The notes under the pieces were generated by a model, which worked only from the letters and a program-made list of their open reading frames with translations, did no database searches and had not been told where the DNA came from. Shown here piece by piece: positions 61,601 to 64,000 of a DNA stretch of 64,000 nt. Position numbers and translations under genes: made by a program. Every line of letters begins with the position of its first letter. The first letter of the stretch is position 1. The stretch is from Flectonema sp. DT1601 (taxonomy: Eukaryota). Location of the stretch: the NCBI GenBank assembly GCA_964019425.1, contig OZ025804.1:682001-746000 (forward strand). The letters are read 5' to 3'.

Positions 61601-62870
61601 GATGAAGAAGTGGCATGAGACCACAGGAGAGGAAAAAGACCCCATGCTGGCCGCACTAGAATTGGCACTGGAATGGGTCACAGGGAAGGGCCTCCTGGAG
61701 GGACCCGTGGAAGTGCAAGCGTACGCACCCTTGGAACAGTGGACGAGAGAACGGTGGGAGAAATTCGGGGCGATAAGTAGCGTGGTAAGGGCACGAGGAC
61801 TAGTGTTGAGGCTGGCGGACCTACCTGTCGAAGTAAAGCACACAGCTTACCAGTGGGTGTGCCAAGTGATGACAGGCGAAACAGAGGTAGAACAGAAACC
61901 GAAGCCAGCGGAACCAGTCGAGGAGCCGAAGGAAGGATCGGCAGATCCCCACCATGGACGTGAGCCCCGAATAGGATGGCGCCCAAGTGCGATCCATGAG
62001 CCTGAGGAGGGAGTGCGAGGACAGTCGGAACCGGAAGCGGCTTTTAGAGATTCGAAGAAGAGGGCGAAGATCGAGCTCATAGAATGGCACTCTGAAAAGC
62101 CCATCTATGAACTGTTCTACGCAGCAACACAGAGGGAGACGAGAACGTGTGTTGTAAGTGGCGGTGAAGTGATCCACATGTGGAGATTCCCCCTCAAGGA
62201 ATGCTCGCCGAACCGCGAGGGTAAGGCGTTAGGGATCGGGATGGCGCAGCTGCTAAGTTACGGAGACGCAGTGAAGGAAATAGTGGCGTACGGCTCACTC
62301 GAGCACTCAGTAGAGTCACACCGACGATACATCGAGGTCTCGCAGAGAATGGCGCATCGACTTGGATCAACGCTGAGGCTGGAGCGCCTGCCCCCCGAAG
62401 CCAGCGAAGAGGCCTACCGATGGGTGAGAGGTGAGGAAAAAGTCGGGAGGAGATTGTTAAAGTGGAAGGAGGAGAACGGTAAGGAAGTCTCACAGGCGGT
62501 AACAAGCACACACGAGAAAAATATTGTGCCTGAAACCACCACGGAGCCTACCATGGACCATGACTCAGACAAGATGACGTCAGACTCGAGCTCGATCTGC
62601 TCCCCACCGACACAAGAAGACCGCCCCCCAGTAGGGATGTGTGGGTGCGGAAAGGAGATACCGCAAGCAGCGATCAAGAATCCGGTGAAACACCCGACGA
62701 AGGGATGGTGTGATAGGTGTGGAGAGCGGATCGCGAAGGGAACGCGGGTAGTCATGTGCGTGAAGTGTGACTACGCTGAATGCTGCGGATTGTTGGAGAG
62801 ATCGCGGCGTGGGAAAGAGAAGAGGAAAAGGAAATCACGGGGATCGCGATCGAAAAACGATGCCATGTGA
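52632..62870 (+). CDS. Retrotransposon polyprotein: ZnF-OTU-ZnF-RT-RLE-USP-linker-USP-2x RNase H1 hybrid-binding domain-2x RNase-H-like-ZZ-like finger
   Basis: First in-frame ATG at 52632 (frame open further upstream). OTU: GDGDCMFRA...HYEAV. RT: GPSG, RPIAVGE, DFENAFN, QQGDPAGPLLF, FLDDG. RLE: CKRC..H..C, RHN, KPADI, KVKKY. USP: GFENTRGTCY..RHAM..SDERV and GLTNLGDSCYLNA..QQDA..GSGHY..QDDEV. Confidence 0.88.
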   Translation: MNTTMAHEQEYTKRWRAMLELEILRDMPGLGTHMATGILPSLACQKLEPTIWLFPQPKLVGCAGTNETERYQEEITQQVRGPNRASDRWRLSPPARWHKKQEKKREKARKTKSGGRTKEERAPEDEQSTSKPRSSCKQQPHEMRGGGASCPVCEWSGTENGLLAHIDGKHKGQLGQDQWADCGMKACGHCGRAMKGTASMHPRCRKLSSSREVEGEATPSTSIELQREFPRVSVTKTKGDGDCMFRAILLAKGEWNRRVGARVLRKRLAEYMRGEERTDQWFVNGLAKEDYAVRLENKGWGDNVALQVAADQMGVVIIVWEAGRLLKMLPLRRTEDIPLWIVLDKEHYEAVLQADAEMLNRVEERAEAVYVLKLSEQTAEEAAVRIGLGTGPSAGLRGSGPYYCPRGECSRSRAQRFEGYKNWGGLLGHLNKEHLLSDRPLTEAEQQAMGVRPCTMCGCLTGSSTGVHPRCREAMALDGGEEEVQNAPWPDEKELGELPSWEEIGAAQVVVPKKLDERLTMLWARALMATLQRIAQRNDPRAWKLLLMLPKACLGTPAVRKDEKGTETHRERLTSRLEGWLRGEYVAMWSTRAKRNKRRREKETTQGERYERCCALSRRGRYAQANKCLVSSGLAPNAPEVLAAMQTIHPSPMHEKIDLEGVRTGNTVVSPEEALASLKTFPKDTGAGPSGLSVELLKQACDTGLRGLMPTLCTTLELLVRGKVPYEAAPVLAGARLIALKKEPTGYRPIAVGESLRRWAWKIVLAKIRPKIPNLLKPGGQLGVAVPSGVEAVYAIVRDYAKRNRGANKAILTIDFENAFNCVSRAVFLRELASTLPELLPLASWCYERPTSLFFEDTTIPSREGAQQGDPAGPLLFSLGIKSLLEGLKKMGLDGSLWFLDDGVLMGGVDELAKAYDYLVQKASSLGLKVKEAKCVFVPLRVGLEPKGGLEKVKQESEGNFTILKLPVGSGSYCKEYLLQYVTKLKKVSESLTMLPDRHVALTQLRYCHSYGKMVYLMRSMYLEDQRSGLADFDAVVRSVLRGLVGGDMDERAHLQAELPLREGGVGLRNCGRHAAAGRAASATATRKLCVELDAQYQVDPEEWSGVCKALTLETSEECDLDLDKVVRQRELSMKIDASLKTKMVNDLKGSGDRERLAHFRAVSMPRASAWLAEASDTGTVMPSQIFRTAIRAHLGLEVLQAGQLCKRCNAKLDPRGVHAGMCNRGATPTIRHNLVRDFLAKQARVTGMSVEMEPQRILDGGRKPADILVSEAVPGTTRNWTGRPAAYDVTVIEVCSQTSLSRGSHLDARRVIQAKEREKVKKYGEECSSKGIAFVPLVFTRDGAMNEAAAAFIKAISLRTRRPAEAWRALSKEISTTLAYSWARAVEDRGELLMGGDGAPISTDLPPIFKEDEWEDEIQDLVDKMGSIGEGPDESGRLLSEADRSVGRTTRPDAAPEIGQAARDSTQKAGNQREVQAPESGTRSTLQEPKELEQTHGGAGEPGEARTEEPSTEESGVGGRTPAEGPTPDRGNAITEPSRAEEPGPTTKETGRLPGAPVVKLVVSEGKPGSVPRFKGHGRDVMAQLERDMADLDITKRPLLSYEASGKQDDKWATSDVRGFENTRGTCYAAATVCSLIWATPLIGLMREKETADKTCVGGCLACVLWKMSKEDHPRLDGLMEETRVTIQDFTADTVRKEITRYSLAGGSPLAFLKQILNNLALRECAVWGGTLRSLFESRLKATHRCVCGFVRQEVQLSFMVLDPKTKPETAKIILLGGPLEEETKSPTICERCRSPNRDCTVQWRFAEMPPILFAKERVEQTTRAAFQVETESGPRSYVLTGSVCGNGRHAMTMVRTPRNRWACVSDERVRSKEGPGTGPLYWVYTRIEGTEGLLSEKLLSIDHRMRTSRALKPRPMDDKSGRARRWYFDQKTQVAKEAVVERREEPVLHVEKPRAEQPPSPSEPKPLEPASNGDIAKLTQETKEEPPVQTNRSKGDGGQQALPPPQLLKSEARSPERAEGSTTEPMRMDGSDQTKDVTEPSAGIGLHAGGNYSDTSLSLSEPPPVKPHGNVETLEPASNGDIAKLTQETKEAPPVQTNRSEGDGGQQAPPPPQLLKSEARSPERAEGSTTEPMRMDGSDQTKDVTEPSAGIGSHAGGNYSDTSLSLSEPPPVKPHENVERMPQGLSAVPLTLSKQPEDQDRRQTPPAPQQSVLKLQETGQDLLQVPVKVAERSKEPEAPPAVKEESNLPARNLSPPVSISTPSQDVRTPTQPLRDPEQGEPHALVKPTEGAQTQANGLVSEGAAPQKSRREPTEPKTSREQGLKLGFYATGPTTWETAPWEGEQDPEEAQQKREPLVPQEANAREEDREGYDEPTARGTDGEADVQMENYESQEGANSQELMEEVTGEIAETSEPLAYGMDEGGDILMEDCEPESNLFCTRVAPAAPCLGSRGPDVTEPQSQGGGTNIQTRTTWMEGLTNLGDSCYLNATLQALLKGSHVDFQRARNTPHVCGTRCTVCALALVQGGGSQGEITRITREWMGRGQQDAHGALLHIVSDLQERARPGDLLANAFTCMVAVERTCICCGGGSQSIELDCGLILRGWDLQSALESTTIPQDYVCGLCGTGSLQERRILMEAPETMIVCIVNENATKMALGEQVSMRNSKIQADYRVSAVVVHQGCLGSGHYTSFTLSPGGWRYQDDEVERATSWREVLSSVPYVLFLRRQATKEMFCANEVPMMPRLAPQVVRVTPPEQHGMEGRDYRQVNSEMLIRPGTQKSRTQCEVPQSTRTQNPPNLLRTVKTLGRCEKKNATRVTIRAHTTKGQRSQPATRMESKFKLYAISKGRGRTTIVNSWAEAEKQTKGLSCAVYQGFNNGEEAEAFLRSTDPEYKTADKPVKGPRRNRRYAVPCGRRPGTYSTWSEASLQVLRCPGGKVKKLCTDRRAREYVEEHRATKGLTQPTPPHPAVYLFLGKTGRACLVRSGGGPVMKKWHETTGEEKDPMLAALELALEWVTGKGLLEGPVEVQAYAPLEQWTRERWEKFGAISSVVRARGLVLRLADLPVEVKHTAYQWVCQVMTGETEVEQKPKPAEPVEEPKEGSADPHHGREPRIGWRPSAIHEPEEGVRGQSEPEAAFRDSKKRAKIELIEWHSEKPIYELFYAATQRETRTCVVSGGEVIHMWRFPLKECSPNREGKALGIGMAQLLSYGDAVKEIVAYGSLEHSVESHRRYIEVSQRMAHRLGSTLRLERLPPEASEEAYRWVRGEEKVGRRLLKWKEENGKEVSQAVTSTHEKNIVPETTTEPTMDHDSDKMTSDSSSICSPPTQEDRPPVGMCGCGKEIPQAAIKNPVKHPTKGWCDRCGERIAKGTRVVMCVKCDYAECCGLLERSRRGKEKRKRKSRGSRSKNDAM
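58534..59174 (+). repeat. In-frame 321-bp (107-aa) direct duplication in the inter-USP linker
   Basis: ctttggagccagcatcaaacgg at 58534 and 58855; the copies are nearly identical. Confidence 0.95.
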
Positions 62871-63278
62871 GAAGCATGAAACGGAAAGTGAATGAACGGA
62901 AAAAATTAAATGTAAAGAAGTGAACTTGTAAAAAATGTAAAGAAGCAAACATGTTAAAAGAAAAATGAAAAAAAAAAAAAAAAAGAAGAGTGAAAAGGAA
63001 GACAGAGTTGTATGTAAACTGTATGTAAATGTAAGAAGAAAGAAAAAACACGCTGGAAGTGGGAGTGCAACCATCAGCGCAAACACAACCACAAATATTG
63101 TTTTTTTTTCCTTTTTCTTTTCTTCGCTTCGGCGACAGATATGGTAGGACCTAGAAAACCGGCCCAAAACTTGTGTTGCAGTTTATCTTTTTAGCGCACA
63201 CTCATGTAACATAAGGATCGCTGGTTCCGAGGGTTTGCTCTCCTGCCATACTTGCCTCTCACCTCCCTCAAAAAAAAA

Positions 63279-64000
63279 ATAAAACGTGCGTAGGGGGATG
63301 TCTCGCCTGTGTACTGTGGAAGATGTCTAAAGAAGACCACCCAAGACTGGACGGGTTAATGGAGGAGACACGAGTCACGATCCAGGACTTCACGGCGGAC
63401 ACGGTCAGGAAGGAGATAACAAGGTATTCTTTGGCAGGAGGTTCGCCATTGGCTTTCCTTAAACAGATCCTAAATAACCTGGCACTGAAGGAATGCGCGG
63501 TGTGGGGGGGGACTCTGAGGAGCCTGTTCGAATCCAGATTGAAAGCGACACACAGGTGTGTATGTGGGTTTGTGAGGCAGGAGGTGCAGCTGAGTTTCAT
63601 GGTCTTGGACCCAAAGACCAAGCCGGAGACAGCAAAGATCATCCTCTTAGGAGGGCCGCTCGAAGAAGAGACGAAGAGTCCAACGATCTGCGAGAGGTGT
63701 AGATCGCCAAACAGAGACTGCACTGTGCAGTGGAGATTCGCCGAGATGCCGCCGATCCTGTTCGCGAAGGAGAGAGTGGAACAGACGACGAGGGCCGCCT
63801 TTCAGGTAGAGACTGAAAGCGGGCCACGCAGTTATGTTTTAACGGGGAGTGTATGTGGCAATGGGAGACATGCAATGACAATGGTAAGAACGCCGAGGAA
63901 CCGATGGGCATGTGTGAGCGACGAACGGGTGCGGAGCAAAGAAGGACCAGGCACGGGGCCGCTTTATTGGGTGTATACGAGAATCGAAGGAACGGAGGGT
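63279..64000 (+). mobile_element. Second, 5'-truncated copy of the same retrotransposon, head-to-tail, running off the window
   Basis: Matches 57592-58313 with two differences seen (63489, 63493); begins directly at the A10 tail of copy 1. Confidence 0.93.

Larger units (their letters stand above)
51385..63279 (+). mobile_element. Full-length giant CRE/SLACS-clade non-LTR retrotransposon (~11.9 kb; 5' boundary approximate)
   Basis: Abrupt shift to purine/GC-rich sequence at 51385, 5' tandem repeats, an uninterrupted RT+RLE ORF, a 3' UTR, and an A10 tail at 63270-63279. Confidence 0.88.

Noticed and set aside
51543..62755. Antisense ORFs within the retrotransposon (e.g. 51543-52565, 55547-57088)
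   Set aside because: They are shadows of a GC/purine-rich coding strand and tandem repeats, with no recognisable motifs.
62968..62984. A17 run as the element's poly-A tail
   Set aside because: A conserved structured segment follows and ends in A10 exactly at the next copy's junction, so 63270-63279 fits better; not fully excluded.

Overview
This is AT-rich eukaryotic DNA with every intact protein gene on the + strand. The co-directional, mostly intronless genes, pyrimidine-tract/AG motifs just upstream of ATGs, and protein styles suggest a euglenozoan (diplonemid-like) genome; that is an inference only. (1) 1-3.4 kb holds the 3' end of a coiled-coil gene with two short A-rich GT-AG introns. 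(2) 4-48 kb is a heavily rearranged tandem amplification of seven intact Golgi-type carbohydrate sulfotransferase genes (Sulfotransfer_2-like). They are interleaved with a calpain, a Cu/Zn-SOD-fold type I membrane protein, a C-type-lectin/multi-TM receptor, and chimeric fragments of these genes. The region also carries three minisatellites (25-, 51- and 82/84-bp units), MITE-like elements and retroelement relics. The 25-bp arrays derive from the lectin gene's own coding sequence and carry a binary G/A variant. (3) 51.2-64 kb holds a tRNA-Ser(GCT) gene lying head-to-head with a ~11.9-kb CRE/SLACS-clade non-LTR retrotransposon, followed by a near-identical 5'-truncated second copy. The element has a tRNA-like A/B-box head and 87-bp 5' repeats. 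Its single ORF runs ZnF-OTU-ZnF-RT-RLE and then a ~2000-aa tail with two USP-type protease domains, two RNase H1 hybrid-binding domains, two degenerate RNase-H-like folds and a ZZ-like finger. This element is the best candidate for an undescribed system. All domain calls come from motif recognition by eye; no searches were run.
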